Position numbers and translations under genes: made by a program | Source of the DNA: Microcystis aeruginosa NIES-2549 | GTDB taxonomy: Bacteria > Cyanobacteriota > Cyanobacteriia > Cyanobacteriales > Microcystaceae | Direction: 5' to 3' | NCBI RefSeq assembly: GCF_000981785.2 | Contig: NZ_CP011304.1 | Span: 3,300,001 to 3,332,000 of the forward strand | Length of the DNA stretch: 32,000 nucleotides | Notes under the pieces: model-generated | What the model was told of the DNA's origin: nothing | The model's database searches: none | The model's input: only the letters and a program-made list of their open reading frames with translations | Shown: piece by piece, positions 16,957 to 24,899 of the stretch | How positions within the stretch are numbered: position 1 is the stretch's first letter | Layout: every line of letters starts with the position of its first letter

Positions 16957-18426
16957 ATGTCACCCACCCTACTCATCTCCAAAGAACTCCCCACCCTGAA
17001 ATATAATCCTAGTCTGGAGCGCTTTGATAGCTCTTGGGCGGCCCCTTTGTCCACTCTTCTGGGACTGGGACGGGCTGCCGGGGCGACTTTTATCGAATTT
17101 TTCCTGGAAAGAGTCAACTATATCAGTTGTTTAGCCGAAGATGACAGCATCACCAGTCTCTCACCGAAACTATCTACAGGGGCAGGAATCCGCCTTTTTC
17201 GCGGGAAAGCTGATTGTTATGTCAGTACCAACGATTTAAGCTTCCAAGGCTTAAAAAATGCCCTAGAAAAAGGTTTATCGATTCTCGGTTTAAACCTACC
17301 CAGTCCTAACGCGTATATTCCCGAAATCAATCTGGAAATGTTCCGGGATTATGCCACGGTCAAAAACAAAGATATTTGGCTGAATAATTGCAGTTCTTTG
17401 GGAGAAATGGGTGATATTCTGCTAAATGCTAACGTTCAACTCAATCAGAAAGCCTCTCACGTCCAATCTCGTCGCGCCGCTTATTTTCGCGATTGGCAAG
17501 AAATTTTAGTTGCCGCTAGTGATGGCACTTTTGCCCGGGATATTCGCCTCACCCAATCGGTGGGCTATAATCTCCTCTGTGCCGATGGGACTAATCGTTC
17601 TAGCATTGGTAAACGGGTGGGTAGTACCAGTAATCCTGATTTTCTGCGGACGTGGAATGCCGAGGAATCGGCGGCAGAAGTGGCCGAATCGGCGGGTAAA
17701 ATGCTTTACGCTGACTATGTAGAATCCGGCAGTTATCCCATCGTCATGGCCAATGAATTTGGCGGCGTTATCTTCCACGAAGCCTGCGGCCATTTGCTAG
17801 AAACTACGCAAATTGAGCAAAAAACCACGCCCTTTCTCGATAAAAAAGGCGAAAAAATCGCCCACGAAAACCTGACGGCTTGGGACGAAGGATTATCCGA
17901 TAAAGCGTTCGGTACTATCGATATGGACGATGAGGGAATGCCGGCCCAGCGTACTCTCCTAATTGAAAATGGTATCCTAAAAAACTTCATTGCCGATCGC
18001 ACCGGTTCAATTAAAACCGGCCATCCGCGCACAGGTAGCGGTCGCCGTCAAAACTACACCTATGCGGCCGCTAGTCGGATGCGGAATACCTACATCGCCC
18101 CCGGGGAATATACCCTCGATAATCTCTTTAATTCCATCGATAAAGGCATTTATTGCAAAAAAATGGGCGGCGGTAGTGTGGGGGCCACGGGGGAATTTAA
18201 TTTCGCCGTCGAGGAGGCCTATCTTATCGAAAATGGCAACCTGACTAAACCCCTGAAAGGCGCGACTTTAATCGGTTCAGCTAAGGAGATTATGAATAAA
18301 ATCTCTATGTGTTCCCAAGATTTAGGTCTAGCGGCGGGTTTTTGCGGTTCCGTTAGTGGTAGCGTTTATGTCACCGTTGGTCAACCCCATTTAAAAGTCG
18401 ATTCTATTACCGTTGGCGGTCGTTAA
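16957..18426 (+). CDS. tldD: TldD-family metalloprotease
   Basis: 489 aa. HEACGH zinc-binding motif and a C-terminal GxC...GS region ([11 protein letters not shown]) typical of TldD. Confidence 0.9.
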   Translation: MSPTLLISKELPTLKYNPSLERFDSSWAAPLSTLLGLGRAAGATFIEFFLERVNYISCLAEDDSITSLSPKLSTGAGIRLFRGKADCYVSTNDLSFQGLKNALEKGLSILGLNLPSPNAYIPEINLEMFRDYATVKNKDIWLNNCSSLGEMGDILLNANVQLNQKASHVQSRRAAYFRDWQEILVAASDGTFARDIRLTQSVGYNLLCADGTNRSSIGKRVGSTSNPDFLRTWNAEESAAEVAESAGKMLYADYVESGSYPIVMANEFGGVIFHEACGHLLETTQIEQKTTPFLDKKGEKIAHENLTAWDEGLSDKAFGTIDMDDEGMPAQRTLLIENGILKNFIADRTGSIKTGHPRTGSGRRQNYTYAAASRMRNTYIAPGEYTLDNLFNSIDKGIYCKKMGGGSVGATGEFNFAVEEAYLIENGNLTKPLKGATLIGSAKEIMNKISMCSQDLGLAAGFCGSVSGSVYVTVGQPHLKVDSITVGGR

Positions 18427-18428
18427 TC

Positions 18429-19031
18429 ATGACTTTAGTGATTCTCTACTATTTCCTCATTGCCATCATGATAGTGGGAATAATTGGCGAACTGCTGCCC
18501 GCTATCCCCGGCATGAGTTTGATTTTAATCGCCATGCTGGTGTGGGGTTTTGTCACCAAATTTGCGGGGATGGGGGTCGCTTTAACCGTGGCCTTTGTTG
18601 TCCTTCTCCTCAGTATCGGGGTGGAATTCCTCGCTAGTTATCTCGGCGCCCAAAAAGTTGGGGCGAGCAATTGGAGTCAAATCGGGCTAGTAGTGGGTTT
18701 ATTAGCGGGAATATTCGGGCTTTTACCCGCTTTACCCATTGGCGGACCGATTATCGGCTTATTTGTCGGTCCTGTGGTGGGGGCTTTTTTGGGAGAATAC
18801 GCCTATCGTCGCGATTTGGAATTAACTCCCCGTTTGCAGCAATCCCTAAAAGTCTGTGTCGGTATCGTCGTCGGTACGGTTATCGGTCACGTTGCTAAAG
18901 CTATGCTGGCCACGGCCGCCGTTATCGTCTTTATTGTCACCACTTGGCCCAATCTCTCTTCAGTTATCAGTTATCAGTTATCAGTTATCAGTTTTCAGTT
19001 TTCAGATTTGAGTTCTTTGTTTTTCAATTAA
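18429..19031 (+). CDS. DUF456-like integral membrane protein; the C-terminal ~24 aa are encoded by a heptamer repeat array
   Basis: 200 aa with about 4-5 hydrophobic G/A/V/L/I-rich segments. It starts 2 nt after the tldD stop. The last residues, SSVISYQLSVISFQFSDLSSLFFN, are translated from CAGTTAT/CAGTTTT repeats. Confidence 0.75.
   Translation: MTLVILYYFLIAIMIVGIIGELLPAIPGMSLILIAMLVWGFVTKFAGMGVALTVAFVVLLLSIGVEFLASYLGAQKVGASNWSQIGLVVGLLAGIFGLLPALPIGGPIIGLFVGPVVGAFLGEYAYRRDLELTPRLQQSLKVCVGIVVGTVIGHVAKAMLATAAVIVFIVTTWPNLSSVISYQLSVISFQFSDLSSLFFN
18961..19009. repeat. heptamer tandem array (CAGTTAT x4, CAGTTTT x2, CAGATTT)
   Basis: Direct reading. Same heptamer family as 2862..2889. Confidence 0.85.
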
Positions 19032-19124
19032 TCAGCCATTTTTCTGATAAATATCACTTTTATCTAGCTGACTGCTGATGGCTGACCGCTCAATTCTACA
19101 TTCATCTCATTTCTGACCAAATCT

Positions 19125-20468
19125 ATGCCAAAAGTTGAAGATATCGCCCAAATCGCTAATTCTAGCGCCCAAGCTTTAGGAATTGCTAAATACGACATCT
19201 ATGGTTCCTCGGTCGATGAAACCGATGTGGATGTGTTTCAAGGGGAACCGAAACAGGTACAAGCTTCCAATCGTTCCAGCGTTATCGTTCGCGTCTGGAA
19301 TCAGGATAATCAAGTCGGTGTCACCTCCACCACCGATGTGGACCCGGTGGGACTGCAATTAGCCCTAAAAACCGCTCAGGAAGCCAGCGTTTTTGGCGTT
19401 AAGGAAAATGTCCCCGATTTTAGTCCCGCTGCCACCGCACCTACCACAGAAGTGGCCAGCGAAATGTATAATCAAGCACCTGTATCCACTCTCATCGATA
19501 AGTTATTAGCCGCCGAAAAATCCCTACTAGCAGCCCATCCGGCTATTGCCAGTGTTCCCTATAATGGTTTGGGACAACAGCAGGTCAGACGTTTTTATCT
19601 CAATAGCGACGGGGCAATGCGTCAGGAAGCGCGTAGTTATGCCAGTGTGTATTTATACACCAAAACCGAACAGGAAGGCAAAAAACCCCGTAGCGCCGGT
19701 GCTTTTCGGGTGAGTCCGGGCCTGGAAAAATTAGATATCGATGGTTGCATCGAGGAAGCGATTACCAAAACTGTTAGCCATCTGGACTATCAACCGATTA
19801 CCACGGGTAAATATTTGGTGGTTTTTGCCCCCCGCGCCTTTTTGAGTCTAATGGGAGCATTTTCTAATCTGTTTAATGCCCAAAATGTCCTTGATAAACA
19901 GAGTCTTTCTACCCCTGAATCCCTAGGGACACAAATCGCTGCTACTGCCTTAAATTTGTGCGATGATTCCCTCCATCCGGCTAATGTTGCCGCAGAAACT
20001 TTTGATAGTGAAGGCACTCCCACCCGTCGTGTGGAATTAATTAAAGAGGGGATTTTGAGTAATTTTCTCCATAGCACGATTACCGCTAAACGGATGAATA
20101 CAGAACCGACTGGCAACGGTAACATTGGGTCAAAAGTAACGGTTAGTCCCCATTTTTATCACGTTTTTGCTAGTGCTAATCAACCAAAAAGCTATTCTTT
20201 GGAAACAGCAGAAAATGTGGTTTTAATTGATAGTTTACAGGCACTTCATGCGGGAGTTAATTCTCTACAAGGTTCCTTCTCTTTGCCCTTTGACGGTTGG
20301 TTAGTGAACAAAAATGAGCGCGTTAGCATCGATTCCGCTACCGTAGCCGGGGATATTTTAACACTGCTGAAATCGATTGTTTATCTGGAACCGGAAGCAG
20401 TTATTACTCCCAGTGGTGTTTGTCCCTACGTTTGGGTAGAGGGTTTATCAATCACAGGAGAAGCTTAA
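19125..20468 (+). CDS. pmbA: PmbA/TldE-family protein (TldD partner)
   Basis: 447 aa. Same fold family as TldD but lacking the HExxxH motif. It has the typical PmbA length and sits next to tldD. Confidence 0.85.
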   Translation: MPKVEDIAQIANSSAQALGIAKYDIYGSSVDETDVDVFQGEPKQVQASNRSSVIVRVWNQDNQVGVTSTTDVDPVGLQLALKTAQEASVFGVKENVPDFSPAATAPTTEVASEMYNQAPVSTLIDKLLAAEKSLLAAHPAIASVPYNGLGQQQVRRFYLNSDGAMRQEARSYASVYLYTKTEQEGKKPRSAGAFRVSPGLEKLDIDGCIEEAITKTVSHLDYQPITTGKYLVVFAPRAFLSLMGAFSNLFNAQNVLDKQSLSTPESLGTQIAATALNLCDDSLHPANVAAETFDSEGTPTRRVELIKEGILSNFLHSTITAKRMNTEPTGNGNIGSKVTVSPHFYHVFASANQPKSYSLETAENVVLIDSLQALHAGVNSLQGSFSLPFDGWLVNKNERVSIDSATVAGDILTLLKSIVYLEPEAVITPSGVCPYVWVEGLSITGEA

Positions 20469-20489
20469 CACTATATCGGACCAAAAATA

Positions 20490-20516
20490 GGGGGTATTAA
20501 CTAGGGTAATACCCCC
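20490..20516 (+). terminator. perfect 10-bp hairpin (GGGGGTATTA-actaggg-TAATACCCCC) downstream of pmbA
   Basis: Read directly, 22 nt after the pmbA stop. No T-tract follows, so the terminator function is tentative. Confidence 0.45.
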
Positions 20517-20572
20517 GCAAGATGGATGCTAATTTTATAGTCGTGGGTAAGCTGTTGACTATGCAAATTACA

Positions 20573-20615
20573 ATAAATCTGGTTATTAAAGACTGATTAT
20601 TTATTCTCCCTTTTG
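20573..20615 (-). repeat. about 43-nt dispersed repeat, copy 2 (inverted relative to 13991..14033)
   Basis: The reverse complement reads CAAAAGGGAGAATAAATAATCAGTCTTTAATAACCAGATTTAT. Confidence 0.6.
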
Positions 20616-20678
20616 TCTTTTGCCTATACTCATAAGTAGCCTATACTCAACGGATTTAGTATTACTCCTAATTAAGAA

Positions 20679-21116
20679 CTATTTTTCAGCCGGGGGAAAC
20701 CAATTATCATCTAATGTTTGTTCGAGGGATATATGAGCGTCTGAATTGAGGGAAAAAAGCTGAGAAACCGATTTAATCGCCACTGGATAAACTTTATCAT
20801 ACATGGCTGCTAATTCTGACCGTAAGCTGGGACTATCTTCTAAACGATGCTGAATTTGGGCGCGAAAATTGACTATTGCTGCCGCCCAATGATTACCTGA
20901 CCGTTTTTTTTCTTCTTGCCAATAAGCCAGCTTTAAAAGATGTTCGATAAGACGGGTTAACAGACTCATTAAAGCTCGTCTATCACTTTTACCCATACTC
21001 TCGATTTCTTCAATTAAATTATCCCAATCCACCTGCTCAAAATTGCGCTCTTGTAACTGTTTTACCGTCTCTTTTAGCCATTGATTATAATCAGTTTCGT
21101 AGGCAGTTGACGACAT
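20679..21116 (-). CDS. DUF29 domain protein
   Basis: 145 aa. YETDYNQWLKETVKQLQERNFEQVDWDNLIEEIESMGKSDRRAL...LLTRLIEHLLKLAYW is the classic DUF29 N-terminal signature, a family abundant in cyanobacteria. Confidence 0.85.
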   Translation of the reverse strand: MSSTAYETDYNQWLKETVKQLQERNFEQVDWDNLIEEIESMGKSDRRALMSLLTRLIEHLLKLAYWQEEKKRSGNHWAAAIVNFRAQIQHRLEDSPSLRSELAAMYDKVYPVAIKSVSQLFSLNSDAHISLEQTLDDNWFPPAEK

Positions 21117-21153
21117 AATTTAACTCTCCATAGAAAATTACTTAAATGGCTCT

Positions 21154-21351
21154 CTATCTAGGAGAGTCCGAATTTTGTTCAAAAGTTAACTCCTCTAACA
21201 CTTCCGTAACCAACTTGCCGTTGGCTAAACGCTTTAAACTTCTAATCTGAATATTTACTTGGGGAGTTTCTTCTAACTGTTCAATCAAAAAATCTGCATA
21301 TTTGATTATCGCCTCACGCGCCGCATTTTTTTTAGTCCAAACTCGCGCCAT
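21154..21351 (-). CDS. small hypothetical protein (65 aa)
   Basis: ORF only, 37 nt upstream of the DUF29 gene on the same strand. No recognisable motifs. Confidence 0.35.
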   Translation of the reverse strand: MARVWTKKNAAREAIIKYADFLIEQLEETPQVNIQIRSLKRLANGKLVTEVLEELTFEQNSDSPR

Positions 21352-21485
21352 TTCTAACAGATTAGTAACCCCAATAAACTCCTCTCCCTCCCCATCTAAA
21401 CTATTATTAGCCCCATAAACAATAAAACATAGCCTAAATGTCCTTTTGTTGCTGTGCCAAATCCTTTAGCGATAAAGAATCACCC

Positions 21486-22352
21486 TCAAGATAACAAATC
21501 GAGCGCAATTGTCGATGATAGGTGAGATTCCATCACTTGATGACCGAGACTAACCGGTCGAGCATTTCCCTGTACCGGAGCGCAATAACGGGGAATTGGG
21601 CTAGAAACGAGGCTAATATGACGGTCACTCACCGCTAGTCCATGGGTAGGATCATAACCTTTCCAGCCGCCCCCCGGCAAATACACCTCTACCCAAGCGT
21701 GTAAATGTCTTTCTTCTTGGTCTAAATCCCCTTCTTGATAGCCACTGACAAAACGGGAAGCTAATCCCACACAGCGACACACATCCATAAATAAAACCAC
21801 CAAATCGCGACAGGAACCCTGCTTATTTTTCCAAATGTTTCCGGGTAGATAGGGTTCCCCGGTAAGACGAATAATTTGCTGACAATTGCGGTAAATTTTG
21901 TCATTAAGATTAAACAGGAAAGATAGCACCTGTCCTTCGGTTTCCTGCATAATTTCTTGGGCTAATGCTGCCACATCGGGGTCATTAGCTAACCCATAAA
22001 ATTGTCCGTAGGGTTGTAATTGACTGTGGAGAGAAATGGGATAATCAAAGGGTAAACAGGTCGCCCAAGGTTCCAATAAATACTGGAAAGGATTAACCCC
22101 ATGGGTTTCCACTTCACTGACCACATCAATCAATAATTCTTCCGTCGGTTGATTAAACCAAATTTGTAAACAAGAATTGCCATCGAGGTCGATAATATTA
22201 GTTATCGTTAAAGGTTCTGGGTTAATTTTGAGCGTGAACTCTCGCAAAGTTTGCCCACCATCGGATTTTGGTCGCAAGCGCAGCAGATGGGGAGATAAAA
22301 TCACGGGCTGATTATAGAAATAGTTAGTTTGATGCCGAATGTGATAACGCAT
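21486..22352 (-). CDS. transglutaminase-like cysteine peptidase family protein
   Basis: 288 aa. Catalytic Cys context GSCRDLVVLFMDVCR, then HAWVEVYLPGGGWKGYDPTHG (His/Asp of the transglutaminase core). The start overlaps the alpha-E gene stop (TAATG). Confidence 0.88.
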   Translation of the reverse strand: MRYHIRHQTNYFYNQPVILSPHLLRLRPKSDGGQTLREFTLKINPEPLTITNIIDLDGNSCLQIWFNQPTEELLIDVVSEVETHGVNPFQYLLEPWATCLPFDYPISLHSQLQPYGQFYGLANDPDVAALAQEIMQETEGQVLSFLFNLNDKIYRNCQQIIRLTGEPYLPGNIWKNKQGSCRDLVVLFMDVCRCVGLASRFVSGYQEGDLDQEERHLHAWVEVYLPGGGWKGYDPTHGLAVSDRHISLVSSPIPRYCAPVQGNARPVSLGHQVMESHLSSTIALDLLS

Positions 22353-23362
22353 TAAGTTGTTAATTGGGATTGATATTGAAAGTTATTTACTGGCAGAGGT
22401 GAGGCAAGTTCAGGATTAAAAACGAAGAAAGTTTCTGTCATTTTTATTCCCACATCATTAACTCTTTTTTGAATATGGTCGAGGAATTCATGCAATCCCA
22501 TTTCAATAATATCATCGATAGTTAGATAGCTCATTTCCGCACAAAGTCGCCCTAAACTTCTTTCTACCGAATTCCCCCAAGTTCCTACAGGAGTCCCTGT
22601 AACTTGATGTAAACAGTGGTCTAATTCCCGCAGACAAAAGTGAATTGAACGAGGAAATTCTCGATTAAGAATTAAAAATTCGGCCACGTCACTAGGAGTA
22701 ATCCGTCGTTGACATTTACGATACATTTCGTAGGCACTCACCGACCGCAGTAAAGCAATCCATTGAATTTGGTCTAGAGAAGTTCCTACCCATTGAGCGG
22801 AAGGTAAGAGATAATAGTATTTAACATCAAGAATTCTGGCGGTTTTATCGGCGCGTTCCTGTAATCTTCCCATAACGCCAAAATGCCAACCTTCATTATG
22901 AGTCATCGTTGCATCCATTACCCCCGCAAAACGGTGACTAGCCAATTTAACTTGGGTAAAAAAGTTCGGTAAAGTAGTTTGAGGATGGTAAGAGGAAGCG
23001 TCTTTTACCATCAAGAAAAAACCATTAACCTGTTCCCACATTTCCGAAGAAATAATCTCACGAACTGACCGAGCATTTTCTCGCGCCCAGCGCAAACAAG
23101 AGATAATTGAACTACTATATTCCGTGTCAAATGTCAAGAAATTGATCACATTTTCTGCGGTGGCTGTGCCGTAACGTTCCTTGAATTGTTCTAAATCTCC
23201 TGTGGTTAAAACCAAAGGTTCCCACTGTTGCAAAACACTGGTGGGAATATCCAACATTAAATTAAGGTTAACATCCATAAACCGGGCGACATTTTCTGCC
23301 CGTTCAATATAGCGATTTAACCAATAAATTGAATCGGCAACTCTACTAAGCATAATTAACAA
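22352..23362 (-). CDS. alpha-E domain protein (DUF403)
   Basis: 336 aa. MLSRVADSIYWLNRYIERAENVARF is the characteristic alpha-E N-terminus. It holds the conserved position between the ATP-grasp and transglutaminase genes. Confidence 0.85.
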   Translation of the reverse strand: MLIMLSRVADSIYWLNRYIERAENVARFMDVNLNLMLDIPTSVLQQWEPLVLTTGDLEQFKERYGTATAENVINFLTFDTEYSSSIISCLRWARENARSVREIISSEMWEQVNGFFLMVKDASSYHPQTTLPNFFTQVKLASHRFAGVMDATMTHNEGWHFGVMGRLQERADKTARILDVKYYYLLPSAQWVGTSLDQIQWIALLRSVSAYEMYRKCQRRITPSDVAEFLILNREFPRSIHFCLRELDHCLHQVTGTPVGTWGNSVERSLGRLCAEMSYLTIDDIIEMGLHEFLDHIQKRVNDVGIKMTETFFVFNPELASPLPVNNFQYQSQLTT

Positions 23363-23421
23363 GGAAAAAGGAAAGAGTAGGGTGGGTTAGTAACCCAGCA
23401 AAATTTCGATTATTGTCCTGA

Positions 23422-24858
23422 TTACTTGGTTAAAACCCAAGTGTCCTTACTGCCACCACCTTGAGAGGAATTAACCACTAAAGAACCCTTTTTCAAAGCC
23501 ACGCGAGTTAACCCCCCTGGATGCACATAAATTTCATCGCCTCGATGGAGAATATAGGGACGTAAATCCACATGACGACCTTCAATTTCCCTGTCAATTA
23601 AAGTGGGAACCCTAGAAAGACTTAACACCGGTTGAGCGATGTAATTGCGGGGATTAGCAGCGATGCGTGAGGCAAATTCTTCTCGTTCTTTCGAGGTAGA
23701 TTGAGAACCGACTAACATCCCATAACCTCCCGATTCATTAGCGGCTTTTACGACTAACTTATCGAGATTATTTAAGACATAATCTAAGTCCTTTTCTCGC
23801 CAACAAAGATAGGTAGGAACGTTATTTAAAATCGCTTCTTCTCCTAGATAATAACGAATCATATCGGGGACAAAAGCATAAATAACCTTATCATCGGCAA
23901 CTCCCGTACCCGGGGCATTAGCTAAAGCGACGCGGCCTTCCTGGAAAACTTTTAATAACCCGGGTACACCTAACATCGAATCGGGACGAAAAACCGCTGG
24001 ATCTAAAAAGTCATCATCGAGGCGACGATATACCACATCTACCCGTCTTAATCCCTTGGTGGTTTTCATTTGTAGATAACCATCAAAGACGACTAAATCA
24101 CGCCCTTCCACTAATTCTACCCCCATTTGTTGGGCGATAAAAGAATGTTCAAAGTAGGCAGAATTATAGGTTCCGGGGGTTAAAACCACCACGGTGGGAT
24201 TAGGTAATTGGGGTGGGGCTAAATTGAGGAGAGTTTCCAACAGATGGGAAGGATAATCATCCACCGGTTTAACATTCATTGTCTGGAAAATATCGGGGAA
24301 GGTGCTTTTCATTACCCGACGATTTTCGAGGACATAGGAAATACCGGAAGGAACCCGCAAATTATCCTCTAAAACGTACCATTGACCATCCTTATCGCGG
24401 ACTAAATCAGTCCCCGTGATGTGACACCAGATCCCTCCGGCGGGTTTCAGTCCCAGACAGGGTTTCAGAAATCCCGTCGCCGAGGCGATTAATTCGGGGG
24501 GAATAATGCCATCTTTAATGATTAACTGGTCATTGTAGATATCGGAGAGAAAAAGATTGAGAGCTTTGATGCGTTGTTTCAGTCCTCTTTCTAAATAATC
24601 CCAGTCCTCAGCTGCGACAATTCGGGGAATAATATCAAAAGGAAAGATTTTTTCTACCCCTTGATTGTCGCTATAGACATTGAAAGTCACCCCCAATTCA
24701 AACAGGGCCGACTGAGCGGTTTCCCGGTGTTGTTGAAGTTCTCGGGGGGGCAGATTCTGCAGCCATTTGATTAAAGGGGACGCGTGGGGACGAGGTTGAC
24801 CATCATCTAAGAATAGTTCGTCGTAGAAGCCTTCGGGATCGTAGGTATTTAATAGCAC
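23422..24858 (-). CDS. circularly permuted type-2 ATP-grasp protein (DUF404/DUF407 family)
   Basis: Homology-type motifs run throughout (e.g. DLVRDKDGQWYVLEDNLRVPSGISYVLENR). The best start is GTG 24858..24856, preceded by GAGG 5 nt upstream, giving (M)LLNTYDPEGFYDELF, which matches the usual family N-terminus as I recall it. An alternative ATG at 24900..24898 overlaps the tnpB stop. Confidence 0.85.
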   Translation of the reverse strand: MLLNTYDPEGFYDELFLDDGQPRPHASPLIKWLQNLPPRELQQHRETAQSALFELGVTFNVYSDNQGVEKIFPFDIIPRIVAAEDWDYLERGLKQRIKALNLFLSDIYNDQLIIKDGIIPPELIASATGFLKPCLGLKPAGGIWCHITGTDLVRDKDGQWYVLEDNLRVPSGISYVLENRRVMKSTFPDIFQTMNVKPVDDYPSHLLETLLNLAPPQLPNPTVVVLTPGTYNSAYFEHSFIAQQMGVELVEGRDLVVFDGYLQMKTTKGLRRVDVVYRRLDDDFLDPAVFRPDSMLGVPGLLKVFQEGRVALANAPGTGVADDKVIYAFVPDMIRYYLGEEAILNNVPTYLCWREKDLDYVLNNLDKLVVKAANESGGYGMLVGSQSTSKEREEFASRIAANPRNYIAQPVLSLSRVPTLIDREIEGRHVDLRPYILHRGDEIYVHPGGLTRVALKKGSLVVNSSQGGGSKDTWVLTK

Positions 24859-24899
24859 GCTGACCTCATTCCATACCGATACTTTTTTGCTAACATACA

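Noticed and set aside
16917-18244. ORFs 16917..17117, 17506..17793, 17510..17722, 17733..18032 and 17990..18244 overlapping tldD
   Set aside because: They are nested in or antisense to the TldD CDS, which has the diagnostic HEACGH motif, and nothing independent supports them.
18413-18898. ORFs 18413..18637 and 18671..18898 in alternate frames of the DUF456 gene
   Set aside because: Their Arg/Cys-rich translations are typical of out-of-frame reading of a hydrophobic membrane-protein gene.
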